From: the human T2T-CHM13v2.0 reference genome, Homo sapiens
Assembly: GCF_009914755.1 (NCBI RefSeq)
Contig: NC_060938.1
Direction: 5' to 3' (one strand)
Length of the DNA stretch: 64,000 nt
In this document: positions 1-14,376 of the stretch, in pieces
Position numbering within the stretch: the stretch's first letter is position 1
Layout of the letters: each line of letters opens with the position of its first letter
Translations under genes and position numbers: made by a program
Notes under the pieces: model-generated
Told to the model about the DNA's origin: nothing
The model's input: the letters and a program-made list of their open reading frames with translations, nothing else
Databases searched by the model: none

Positions 1-284
1 ATGCAAAGTGCACAGCAGATACTAATAGGAACAAGGCTAACATACGCACTCTCAACCTAAGTTCGGGTGCTAAAGATTCAAAGGGAGATCAGATTAGCTG
101 GATACTCAAAGGGTTAAGGAATTGTTTGAAAAAGTAGGAAGCCAGGAGAAGGCAACTGTGCTGCTGGCAGCAGGGCAGATCTAAGGACCTTCAGGTAGCA
201 GTGCAGTTCAATCCTTTGCCCAGAGAAACTGGAAAAGATAGGAAACCCCAGAAAGGGAGTTCAATCATCTGAAGTCCACCTGTG

Positions 285-458
285 GCCCTGTGGTTTGAAG
301 ACCACCTGTGGAGAATCACTTGGTAATCTTGTTGTAAATGCAGACTTCTCTAGCCTACTCCAGGGCCATCACATCAGAACCTTTGAGGGTGAGCTCCAAA
401 AATCTGCACTTTGAATACACTGCAGGTGATTCTTATGCACACAGAAGTTCCCAAACCA
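285..458. mobile_element. MER5A-like hAT-Charlie MITE
   Basis: Motifs agaatcacttgg...aaatgcagac...atctgcacttt...caggtgattcttatgcacac...aaaccac resemble MER5A. Confidence 0.6.
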
Positions 459-517
459 CACATTTAATGAGAACAAGGGTATCAGATTGATTCTGACCCA
501 AGCTTGAGGCCTGTCTT

Positions 518-686
518 TTTTCCTTCTTCTTTTTTTCTTTTGAGACAGGGTCTTACTCTATCACTCAGGCTAGAGTGCAGCAGTGCCATCAGCTCACTGC
601 AGTGTCAACCTCCTGGGCTCAAGTGATCATCCTGCCTCAGCCTCCCAAAATGCTGGGATTACAGGCATGCACCACCATGCCTGGCC
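518..686 (-). mobile_element. Alu monomer (FRAM/old Alu arm)
   Basis: T-tail then tgagacagggtctt...gctgggattacaggcatgcaccaccatgcctggcc; flanking repeat AGGCCTGTCTT at 507-517 and 693-703. Confidence 0.9.
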
Positions 687-744
687 AAAACCAGGCCTGT
701 CTTCACAAACTTAATGATCAATTGTCCCCCTCCTTCTGTACAAC

Positions 745-875
745 CTCTCTAAGCTGCAGTGTCCCTATCCATCAAATGGAAAAAATAAATACTACTTACC
801 TATAGTCTCGTTGTGAGGATCAAATGATGAACAACCTAAGATGCTTAGATGTAGTGTGCACTCAATAAGTGCAAT
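745..875 (+). mobile_element. MIR SINE fragment
   Basis: Core-like ctgcagtgtccctatccatcaaatgg...gttgtgaggatcaaatga...cactcaataa. Confidence 0.65.
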
Positions 876-1649
876 AAAAACTATAATAAGCTCAAAAAGA
901 ATTCATTAAACAGGTGAACAGGTAAAGGAGATGTGATGACAAAATGAGACAGAAGAAAATTCTGAAAGGGCAGAGTTAGAAGTCCAAGCAGGAGGCTGGT
1001 GCTCTCAGATTGTGTTTCCAATGATAACCTCCAGTTACCGACACAATGTCTATGTGCCAGGTTACATTCACATTGACTCAAATGACCCTTAAAGCCACCC
1101 TGTGAAGTAGGAATTTAATAGGACGTTAGCTAAAGATTGGCAAGGTTAAGCCTCTTGAGCAAAGCAACCCAGCTAGTAAGACATACAACACACATTAGGG
1201 AGTAATTTGTGTTACCATCAAATGGCAATAATCCAACTGTGAAGCACCCAGCATGCCTTTCTCTGGACGGAGATGAGCCAGGCCAACACCAAGCAAGCTC
1301 TGCAATAGAGCCACATTCTGAGACTAAAGAGTACACAAAGGTATCAGGGCTCAGGAATGTGGGGTCAACAGTAGAGCCGTATTACACAGTCTGCCAAGAA
1401 CTTTCCTTATCGCCCAAACTATTGTTAGTACCCATAGAGATGGGGAAATAGCAGACATTTATTTCCTGCCACATTTCTAAAAGTGATGAAATTTAAACCA
1501 CTGTCCTGTTACTCTTCAGTCATGATTTGCTATTAGTATTAAGTGAAAATGCCACATTTCACAGTATTTTTGATACAGGTGGGTAGGGTTCAAAATCCAA
1601 ATACAGAAACAAGAGCTCTGAAAGGATCACAGTCTGCCTAGGAAGGAGA

Positions 1650-2030
1650 CTATAATGGACACTTGTGTTGCCTAGCCAGCATCCATTCCCCCATCTTCTG
1701 TACTAACACCCTTCTTTTCATTTGGGTACCACTTCCCTCACCTAAATTCTCCTGGTTTTGGTTCGAACTGGTTCAATCAAGAGCTGATCTGAAAGGTTGC
1801 ATTGCAATATCAGGAAAGAAAAGGTTTTCTTCTGCTGGGATTGGATTTGTCAGGGAATAGCCAGTTTGGCCAAGCCCACCTCATGGAGGAAGTTGGAAGT
1901 TTGCACCACTGGATCCACACATGCCAAAAGTTCCACCCCTAGACATTTCAGGTCTGTGGGCCAATGATTTCTTTTCTCTAAGTCTGATTAAATAAGAAGT
2001 TTTATAATTTGGGAAAAATAATCCTGACAT
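1650..2030 (+). mobile_element. Old ERVL/MaLR solo LTR (MLT1/LTR16-type)
   Basis: Start ggacacttgtgttgcctagccagcatccattcccc; 3' motifs ctggatccacacatgcc...ctagacatttcag...gccaatg...aatcctgaca. Confidence 0.45.
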
Positions 2031-2943
2031 TGAGAGCTACACGTAACTCAAAGGCTATCAATTTTGTCACCAATTTACACTTAAAGTGAACTGATTGTGT
2101 GAATATAGTGCACGGGTAGGAAGAGAATGGTGTGAAAAAAGGAAGATTGGTCCTTAGTCCATGTTCTAGGATAATGATATTGAGGAGAGAAAGAACTCAA
2201 GTAAACGAACAAACAAAACAAAATGAAGCTATAAGCAACATGAGTGAGAGGCATCAAAAGAAAAAGAGTGGGGAACATGCAACACCACTCTCTGAAAAAT
2301 AGAAAAAAAATTAAATATGAAAACAGAGGCTTTGCAAATACATGTGTCCCTGCTCTAAGGTAGCAGGGAGAGAGTGTTAGAAGGGGCCAAATTTTTTTTA
2401 AAAGGCAAGGAGACTAGAATGGAATAAGACAAGGACAAAGCATTTCTATGTGGGGCATATTTGGGACAACATTCAGCAGGAGGAGGCATTGAAGTCTAGG
2501 ATCTTCCCTTAAAATTTAAATTAAGCAGTTAATTTAGTCTGTCGCTTAGTGGACAAACTTAGAGAAATCTGTCTGAATTTATCATCAGCAAATATCCTAT
2601 TTTCACATGTGGTAGAGGGGAATTGGGAAAATCACCCGCACAAAATTCATAATGCTAGAATGCATTCATAACCAAGATACCATGCTGACAGACAAAAGCA
2701 AAAACAATTTCAGCATATAATTTCATTTAAATACAAAAAAAACTCCCTAAATAATCTCAGGCAAATAAATAAATTATGTCCTCATAGATGGATTTAATTC
2801 CATGTGACTCAGTAGTATTTGCTTTTAATTTTTTTCATGAGCAGCAATTAATAGGATATATAATTCCATGTATCTCTTCAGGTGCCACACAATCAAATAA
2901 AAATAGATTAAATGGAGGGAAAGCAAGAACCAAAAGCCACTTA

Positions 2944-3120
<177 letters not shown>

Positions 3121-3814
3121 TCATTCCAACCAGAAATCTGATTCAAGGCCTAACTATAGCTAGATGGCATGAAATGCCTCATTTTGATCTCAAGGACAAG
3201 GACTTAATTACAATAGAAAATACAAATGAAAAGATGTTAAAATTTAAGAGACTATATAAACTTAAAGGTCAGATAACTAGGATGAAAAATGGAAAAACAC
3301 ATTAATACTGTGGTGAAATTGTATTCTATCCCTTTCAAATACTTCAACTCCAGATATATTTGCTGTTTAAACTTAGGAGTGACTCCAAGATGCAGCAGAA
3401 GTTAATGTACCGTAATTCTAAGTAATTGTATTAATTACAACCACATGAAAATTAATAATTGGGCTTCAATATGGAGGCATCTGATGGCTAAAGTTGGGAT
3501 AGACTACAAATATTTTCTTCTCTGGTGATTTCTTCTGCTCACTGATTCCTTGCATTTTATTTGCGCCGCTTAGATCCCTGTACACATTGTATTACGGTTG
3601 ACTGTTTACATTGCCAGATGTATCCCCAGACTGTCAATTTTTTCAGAGCAAGAACCACTTCTTGCTGATTATCCTACATCTAAGTTTTTTCCACAGGGAC
3701 TTCCATCTTAGTAGAGTTAAGGGGAGAGACAGGGGCTATCAAAAAGGTTAGTACTGTTCTTCAATAGCAATAATATAAATGCCTTAAAAACTCAGGGGTC
3801 ATAAAAGTCATATA

Positions 3815-4010
3815 GTGTTGGGTCCAACTTCTGGCTTCTCTACTCACTGGCTAAGGTATCTTGGATCAGTCACTTAATTCCTCACACTGTATCGTTCTCT
3901 CTAAAATTGGGATAAAGGTGATACCCACACTTAAAAGTTGTTAAAGAGACTTTGCGAGATGAATTTGGAAGCACCCTATATATCATAAAGGGTTTACAAT
4001 TTAGCATTAT
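3815..4010 (+). mobile_element. MIR SINE fragment
   Basis: gggtccaacttctggcttctctactcactggc...cttggatcagtcacttaa...ctaaaattgggataa. Confidence 0.55.
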
Positions 4011-4914
4011 GATAATTTACTATTATTCTATCCATAGGATAATGACTAGAGTTTAAGTATATCACTCTTCGGTCTTCCTCTCGGTAAATGCATTTCACTC
4101 TAGTACTCTAGTTTATTGTTATTTGGCTTAGTTGCAGTCCTGTGTGAACCAACGAAAAACTACTCCAGGTGTGAAGACGGCTCCTAGGTACTGTATTGCA
4201 CAGCCCATAACCTGGACACTGATGTTCTAGACAGCTTAATAAAGACAGTCATTTGGTAATACAATTGGAATGTGTTAGTATGATTTTGCTTTGTAAAGTT
4301 TCCTCATACTTGACAGAAAAAAAAAAAAACTGCCCCAAGAAAAAAAGTAAAGGGAGGAGGGAAGCAAAAACCTAATATTTGAGACCCTACTGTGTGCCAG
4401 GCACCCAAGAAAAGAAACAGAATCTAGACCAGCACAACTTTCTCAGCCCAAGGGTCAGTGCCAGAGGCATGGCAGAACCTTCCCAAGGTCAAGGCCAGGT
4501 TACAGAAACTGGCCTCTTTTTAATGTTTACATTTAACAAAGCAATGCCTTTAACAAGAAAAAAAATCCAGTGCACTATAATGTACTAGCCATAAGATAAT
4601 TATTTTTAATATCAACTCAAGGGCATCCTGGGCATGTCGTGTGATAATAGGACACACACAGAAAGGTGCGTGATGAATCACTCCTACTTTCCCGGTAACT
4701 GTAGTTACAAGCTCACTTGGAGATAAAGTCAAAGGCTTACTTTGTGAGCATGAGGTTTGATCCTGCAATGCCCAAGCCTCACCCCTGGGATGGGTCTGGT
4801 TCAAAGCAGGGCGTTTTGATCTAACACTTTAATGCAGCCATTTGATGTTAAACCACCTTGTAAACATGTAAAATCTCCATGTTTTCAAAAACATGAAAAT
4901 GATATCCCTTACTA

Positions 4915-6600
<1,686 letters not shown>

Positions 6601-7974
6601 GTTCCTGACTTTTATTCCATCCCTAACCACAAACTTGATCATGGAGAATGTTCCTGTTTTAAAATCTCACTTCTGGATTATTTGAATATAGAAAGTATGT
6701 TATTCTGTATGAATATATTCTAATTTTAAAATCAGAAAAACAGCACAAGCTTTTAAAGTATATTAGAGTTGATTGGGTTAGACTATAAGGCTGATCACCT
6801 GTTTCCCCAAAAACTCCATTTTGAAGGAGTTTAACAATAAATTAGATGCTTAAATATAAAGGGCTACTGAGGAAACTGTTAGAAATTGAACTGTTTTCTA
6901 TGAAATCTGGAGAATATGAGATCCTATTGTGCTGCAAATATCCTCCTCCTACTACCACCTCCACCTTGCCCAGTGGATAACCTGTAACCACTCAAAGAGG
7001 CTCATAGAATCAAGCTGTCAACTTAAAACAGGGGTGTTCATCCTACAGATTTTTCAAATGAAAAAAACAGAATGGGTATCTCCATTAAATGAACACATCT
7101 ATGTATTAACTAAAAGAAAATGACAGTAACAATGATCATTTCAGACAGAAATCTGAGACACTGAGGTACATGTGATACAAGTGAATTCGCTGAAAACAAG
7201 CAGCCTCCTGACTTAGAATGATGGGTGGCTCCGTCTGAGATGTGCAAGTGTGGTAAAAATGTGATTCCTCTTTCCACGTAGTTTGCCAGCCTTTTGAGCC
7301 CTCATTTCCATACCCTCCCTCCCCGCGCCTTGTCATTGGCCCATCCCTTATTTCATCTCAGCCCTAATCCCTACCCTGGGGAGCATAGTTGGAGATGGGG
7401 TGAAGTTCAAAGATGGGATAAATCTGAGTCACAATGTATTCATAATTAAAATAGATACATTTTTAGAGTTTGCTTTTTAGACTATGTCAAACTATTTTCC
7501 ACCAAAACCAAATGGCCACATCCAAACAGCAAAAGCCCTAGTGAATTAACTGCATTATGAAGCAAAAATCATAGAAGATTATATAAATATTTTTTAAATT
7601 CTTCAGGAATAAATTTATCCCTGTATTGCATAATATTTTCTGGGTGGAACACAATAACACATTTCTATAACTCCATCATGTCTCTTATTGTTCCTTAGCA
7701 GCTTATTTTATTTGTCTCAACAGCTATTTTCAATAGAACTGCATTTTAAGGAACTTAAAAAGCATACTCTCTCCTTCCATTCTGATGTCAGATTGTACAA
7801 TAAAGCAGCCCACTGTGACTATCGGGACGTAAATTTTACCTTTTAGGGAAGAGGAGTATTGAAAAATGCCAGGGGAGCATCTCCTGGTGGGAGAAAGCTA
7901 AAGAAATCCCTGTTTGTTCCAAGACAGGTGGCTAGGCATTCATATATCATACATACTTTCTTCGGGGACCATTT

Positions 7975-7987
7975 TGCTGAGTCAGCA
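7975..7987. promoter_or_regulatory. Perfect T-MARE (Maf recognition element) TGCTGAGTCAGCA
   Basis: Exact 13-bp match to TGCTGA(C/G)TCAGCA with AT-rich 5' flank (attt); occupancy not shown. Confidence 0.6.
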
Positions 7988-8905
7988 GAGTGAAATCTGG
8001 TGAAATAGATCCACAAATCTCCCACTGGCATCCATTTCCTTCATCTAACCTTTATTGCAAGTAGATGTCTCCAAGACTAGGCATTCATCCATTCTTTCAT
8101 CCGTCAAAAAATGATGACTTTCTGTGTGTTAGGAAACGAAGATATTTCAGTGAACGAAGCAGGCATGGCTGTTGCCTTCATGGAACTAACAGTTGAGCAG
8201 GAAAGCTGGAAAATAAACAAAATATTCCTCAAATAACTAATTCATCATAGAAGATTTCCCCCAGTTGTCAGGAGTGCTGAGTTTGACCGTGTGAGGTTGG
8301 GGGAGAAAGATGGTTGCCAAGCGCTTCAAATTCGTACCCTTTCACTATGAAACCAGAGGCAAAGCTGTTTCTACTCTAGTCCCCAAAATTGTAAGGCAGG
8401 AGGGCCCTTGATAACCCGGAAGGCTTGGATCACCATCCGCACCCCTAAGAGACCTGATCATATGCCCACCCGGTAGGTTGGGGGTCAGGAAAATATGTTC
8501 CAGAGGAGTAGAGATGAGGAAATTTGCTGATCAGACCAAAACAAACAAACAAAAACTCTACCCCTATATTCACATATGTATAGGCCATAAGTATCTGTGG
8601 CTTATTTTAAAATCAAGCAGAAAGCCGGTGCAATGTTTAAGCAAGGAAGTGATTGATCAGATTTATTTAAATCGCCCTGGCTGCATTGTGGACAATGGCA
8701 TGGATATAAACTAAGATTAGAGGCAATGAGAACAGTTAGAAGATTATTTCAGACCAGCGAAGATGGTACCTTGGTGATGGCTTTGATGATAAAAACAGAG
8801 TCAAGAGCTATTTAGTAGATGAAATATCAACAGGTGGTTGACTATGAAAGGATAATGAAAAGGGAGAGATCAAGACAAACGGATTTCCAAGTTGAGCGAC
8901 ATATT

Positions 8906-9055
8906 CAGCAATTCTTAACCTAGCCGTACCTTAAACTCACGTGGAGATCTTCACAACAGAAATTCTGATTTAATTGGTTCAGCAGGTGGTCCAGGAGCAG
9001 GTATGTTTCAAAGCCCTCAGATGTTTCAAATGTGTACTCAGGTTAGAGAGTCCCT
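8906..9055. mobile_element. MER5-type MITE inside L2
   Basis: cagcaattcttaacctagcc...attctgatttaattggtt...atgtgtactcaggttagaga. Confidence 0.55.
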
Positions 9056-9362
9056 CTAAATGAGACAATCGTTCCAAGGTAGATAACACTGGACAGGGAG
9101 GAAGTTTCAGAGAAAATGCCATGCATTCCATCCTGTATGGATTTTTTTCAGAGAGGCTTGTAACTCTTCCAAGTGAGATATCAAGTTAAGAGTTGAATTA
9201 CATATCCGGGTGTTAGAGGAAAGATCTAAATTGAAGACAGGTGAAAGTGATTGACATTCCTATTGTAATAGAAGTCATGGTTGAAGAGGCAATGGCCAAG
9301 GAAAAGAGTATAGTGAGAAAATAAAAGGGCCCTGAAAAACCTCTTATTAAAGATAGAGGATA

Positions 9363-9373
9363 ATGAGTCAGCA
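9363..9373 (+). promoter_or_regulatory. NF-E2/NRF2/BACH1 consensus ARE ATGAGTCAGCA
   Basis: Exact match to RTGASTCAGCA with A-rich 3' flank; lies within L2. Confidence 0.45.
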
Positions 9374-9974
9374 AAAGAGACTGTGAAGGAATGTTGGTAA
9401 GTTAGAAGGAAACCAGGAAAATAGGCGTTGCCAAAGTCAATGCAAGAGAATGTTTCACGAAGAGAGTGCATAAGTGGGCTGAAAGCTGTGTTTAATTTTG
9501 ACAAGTCCTGGAACTCCATCCTTCTCCCAACTGTCTAACCTCTGGGTTGATTTTAGGCTCTCCCCGTGATAAGGCTCTACTTTGCCAAAATAACCATTAG
9601 CAGAGAATTATGATTTAAAAGTCAAATTGTGGGAAACTCCAAAGCCCATTTTTTGAAGATTTGGAAAATAATTACAATCTCATTTCAGATACTAGACACA
9701 AAAGATAGCATTCTATGTTCACATGCAGTCACGATTTCTAGCACTTTCTTATATTATGTTCACCTGTTTGTGGGCTTGCAATTGGCAAGGATTGCAACTC
9801 TTTCAGTGTTTGCTAGCATTCTCTCTGTTGCCAAGCAGACACAGGGCAGAACGAATACAGAGTGATCTTTCAGGACTTGTCTTCTCTTCGGGCTCTTACT
9901 GTAACATATACAGATTTTTGTTACTGTCACAGTATCCATGTCATTTTATTTCTTTCATGTGTGTCCTCTTATGC

Positions 9975-10078
9975 TTTCCATGAGAGCAGGTAATATTATT
10001 AGATGAGCTTTTATCTCTGGGGCCTGTCACAGTGCCTAGCACTGTGAACTGAATACGTGTTTGCTGAATGAATGGAAA
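9975..10078 (+). mobile_element. L2 3' end
   Basis: ccatgagagcagg...cacagtgcctagcac...tgtttgctgaatgaatg. Confidence 0.6.
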
Positions 10079-10849
10079 GTTGCATAATTTTTCTGTGAAC
10101 TCATGAACAGCCAATCTGCAAATTCCATCTCTAAGTACTCTTTCATCGTAGACTGTAAAATATTGTTTAAATAAAGGATGTGGTTTACCCATGTTTAAAT
10201 TTTAGGTCCATTTTCTATGGAGTTAGTAAAATCTCATTCCAATACAAATTGTTTAATCCCTTGGTGCCGGGGGTTTTCTGCCTGTAAAATAAGAATGGCA
10301 ATGCTGATTTCCCCTGGCACTGCAGTGAAGACTGTAGAACTCAGAACTCTACTTGTCTGTAAGAGGTACTCGGGTTTGACAACCAGTTGATCACCATTTT
10401 TTCTTATTCTATCTGAGTATATGTTGGTTCAGGCACTGTGAGGGGCAACAGATAAGTTCTCTGGATCTATTTACAGCTGCTCCTGGAGCAGTTGCTAAAG
10501 GCTGGGTCATGTTGATTGTGTTTGTTTTTGTTTTTGTTGTTTGTTTGTTTGCTACGGGAGTGATTTTTCTAGAGTTCTCCAGCCCCTTTTGGGCTGGACA
10601 ATAGGAAGTAGGGCAGACCTAGGCCAGCTACAGCAAATGTAGTCAATACTGGTTTTAAGGTCCATCAGACTTGGATAAGTTGTTCAGAGCTAATCTCCCC
10701 TCTAGTTCAATTCTGCTATCCAGTTGATGTAAGGGTCTCTTGGTAGAAAACATGTAAAAGAAGTGAGAGATTACCTTATCCAAGGGCAAACTTTCTGACT
10801 ACAATTTAAATAATAAAATGTATCAACTCACTAGATGCATTGATTGATT

Positions 10850-11048
10850 GCCAGGCTCCTGAAGTGCCTTACCACATTGTCTCATTTTATATTCATGCAG
10901 GTATTGTAGCTATCCCCATTTTACACATGCAGAGAGTGAGGCTCAGAGATGTTAAACAATCTGCCTAGCATCACACAGCTAGCAATAGGCAGAGACCAGA
11001 CAGAAACTCAAATCTCCCTGACTCCCAGCTCAGCCTCTTCACTACTAT
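10850..11048 (-). mobile_element. MIR (MIRb-like)
   Basis: tatccccattttacacatgcagagagtgaggctcagagatgttaaacaatctgcctagcatcacacagctag. Confidence 0.8.
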
Positions 11049-11230
11049 TCAATATTGCCCAGTAGATGCTGATTTTCTCTGTGTAGGCTTCTAATGTGCT
11101 TTTAGCGTAAAGCTAATTTTCATTAATAGGCTGAATATATGCAATCTGACCTCAAAGGACATACATAGGGGTTTTCTTCTCATTTAAGATTAGTTTGAGG
11201 CAAAAACAAAACATGAAATAAGATCAAGTA

Positions 11231-11673
11231 CAGTTGACCTTTGAACAGCACGGGTTTGAACTGTGTGGGTCCACTTATACACTTATTTTCTTCTGCCTCT
11301 GCCACCCCTGAGATACCAAGACAAAACCCCTCCTCTTTCTCCTTCTCCTTAGCCTATTCAACATGAAGACTACAAGCATAGAGACCTTTATGATGATTCA
11401 CTTCCACTTAATAAATAGGAAATATATTTTCTTTTCCTTATGATTTTCTTAATAACATTTTCTTTTCTCTAACTTACCTTATTGTAAGAATACAGGATAT
11501 AATACATATAAGACAAAAATATGTGTTAATTGACTGTTTATGTTATTGGTAAGGCTTCCAGTCAACAGTAGGCTATTCATAGTTAAGTTTTGGAGGAGTC
11601 AAAAGTCAGACATGGATTTTCCAGTGCACAGGGGTTGGTACATTTAACTCCTGTGTTGTTCAAGAGACAACTG
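11231..11673. mobile_element. Tigger2a (MER28) TcMar MITE, complete
   Basis: TIRs cagttgacctttgaacagcacggg / cctgtgttgttcaagagacaactg; TA target duplication both sides; 443 bp. Confidence 0.9.
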
Positions 11674-13049
11674 TATAATATTTATTCTGATGAATAATCT
11701 TGTTAGATTTTAACTGAAATCTAGCTTTTCATTTCTTTCAGCAATTTTTATCATCTACTTTTAAAAGAAAGCCAATTATCTTCTATAGCTTTTCAAATTC
11801 CTTTTCCTAATTCTTATACCATTTGTTTGTCTCATTAGATTTATCAGTAGTTTAAGGCAAATAGATGGTGCGTTGAATATTTTAGTAGGTACTCTACTCA
11901 TGTATAGATGATAGTGGCCCCTGCTCTTGAAACCTACAAGTAAGTCTGGATTTGGGTGTTTTTAACATTATACCTAGGAGGATCACTGCAGATTCTTAAA
12001 TTTTCATCTACAAGAAACTAACAGTTTCATGGGAGTGAGATGAAAATAAATAAAGGTCACGTTGTGGTCCCTGGGGAAAAACAGTTCCATTTTGTTCAAG
12101 AAGTACTAGGTAGACTACAGCGTCAATGTAAGAATGCAGGTCAAATTAATCCTGGGAATTGAAGATAGTAAGTAATTTTCTTCTTAGAGATCAGCTCCAA
12201 ATGTTTGGTACCAGCTCCCTGAAATTCTGAAATGAGCAACATTCTGAGGCTGTGTCTGGCTTAGTGACAAAGAATGCTATGATCAGTTTGTGATGTCTTC
12301 CATTGGTGATAAGGAGTTGTGGCAAGACTGCATACATGCTAGAATTTGCCATCATAAGAGAGAGCAATGGCTCAAAAAAGACTAAGCCCCAAATGAGGAG
12401 GTACATCACTTTTACAGTGGCAAGAGCCCCATTCCACAAGTTACCCAGAAGAAAACCTATGACTGAGACACTTTCAGGTTTTGTTGTTTTTTTTTTTAAC
12501 TGAAATATAAAGAAATGTAGGGACAGGCATATCCTTCAGGGAGGGAATAAACCGATCATGTTCCTGTAATGTCTCTTCATGTGCAAGGACAAAGGAACTA
12601 TGCCCAGTGAGTAGGGAGGGACACCAGATCTGGCAAAACTTTCCCTGCTGCAAACTTAGAGAACAGCCTAGTTGATGAGGTGAGTGGAAACCCTGGATTA
12701 ATACATTCCAGCAGAGAAAGAGAGGGGCTGTGCCGGCAGGGCAAACATTTGGCACATGAGCTGAGCAAAATAGTTGTCCAAGTCTTCACAGATCCCTATA
12801 TAGAAAGCTTCTCTTCTGAGGACCCTGAGCGTGACTCCTCATGGGAATCAGGGAAATACTAGGTGCTTTTTACTGTTGCTTTTTTTTCCTTTTTTTTTTT
12901 TAATGGACTGTTCTTTCTAAATATGCTGTGTCTGTCTGATTTGTTTCCCTGCCTTGAAACATTCAGTGTGGTAGAACCAGGCAGGTACAAAGCAGTGACT
13001 CTTATCCCAGAGTCACCAATGAGGGGCAATTGGAGATAGAAGGCCCTGT

Positions 13050-13620
13050 CTCTGTCTGGAAGGGGCAGGGACAGCTTCTTAGAGAAGAAGATATTAGAGC
13101 CAGTTTACTGGGTGGAAAATTATAAGAAGGTCATTCTGGTCCTAGAGAAAAGGATGGGCAGAGACATAGAAGCAACAGCACCATCAACCAATTGCAAATA
13201 GTTCAAGGCTCTTGGAGAACAGAGTGAGATAAAGGAGTGGGTGGAGGGTCCAGATTATAAGGGGTCTGAAAGTCACTGAGGGCTTTTAAGCAGAGATGTG
13301 GCATGAATATCTTTGTTGTTAGAACCATCACCCTGGCAGCACTGTAAAGATCCCATTGGAAGAGAGATAGAGACACCATTAGGAAATGATTGCAGTTGTC
13401 CAGATAAAAAATGATGACTACAGGCAGATTCAAGAAATACTAGGAATTAAAATCAAGACTTAAAGACTGATGAATGAGGGGAAGTGGGCAGAGAGAAATA
13501 AAAGAGGTTAAAGTGACTCCCAGGTTTCTGGCTTAGGAAGACAATAGGGCCATTAACAAACTAGAGAATATTGGAGGAGCTGTGGACTTTGACTTTCTAG
13601 CATGCTTAGTCCAACAACAG
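13050..13620 (-). mobile_element. LINE-2 fragment
   Basis: cactgagggcttttaagcag...atcaccctggcagc...tgactcccaggtttctggctt. Confidence 0.7.
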
Positions 13621-13864
13621 GAGCTATAACAAGAGTGACTCATCAAAAGCATGTGGAGTCAGAGATTAGGATTCAAATTAGTAGCTCATCATAATCCCAA
13701 AGACACAATCCCAAATCTTGAAATCCCAAAAAATCAAGTTATCAAAAATTTGATTCTGGAAAAAATAATTTTAAAATTATTTAAAAGTATTTATTTACAT
13801 TTTTAAAAGGGGTTTATTTGGAAAACATATAAAAACATGACAGAACACTTTGTAGGCTACTTTA

Positions 13865-14270
<406 letters not shown>

Positions 14271-14376
14271 AAAGGAAGAAAAGGAAAGAAAGAAGAAGGA
14301 AGGAAGGAAGGAAGGAAGGAAGGGAGGGAGGGAGGGAGGAAGGAAGGAAGGAAGGGGAAGGGAAGGGAAGGAGAGA
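14271..14376 (+). repeat. GGAA/GGGA microsatellite (Alu tail derived)
   Basis: (GGAA)6 at 14298-14321, then (GGGA)4 and (GGAA)4. Confidence 0.95.

Larger units (their letters stand above)
8082..9500 (-). mobile_element. LINE-2 fragments (interrupted)
   Basis: Antisense 3' end cattcatccattc...tgccttcatggaactaacagt; body motifs ctggctgcattgtgga, gagactgtgaaggaa, gccaaagtcaatgcaagagaatgtttca. Confidence 0.6.

Noticed and set aside
575-805. Alu-derived ORFs (also 5555-5974, 13862-14107, 25912-26259, 45438-45698, 57977-58222, 61461-61655)
   Set aside because: Typical Alu translations (LECSG, PASASQ, GITG); not genes
13685-13740. Short repeated aatccc units as an array/CRISPR-like structure
   Set aside because: They are Ricksha subterminal repeats; eukaryotic DNA with no repeat-spacer periodicity
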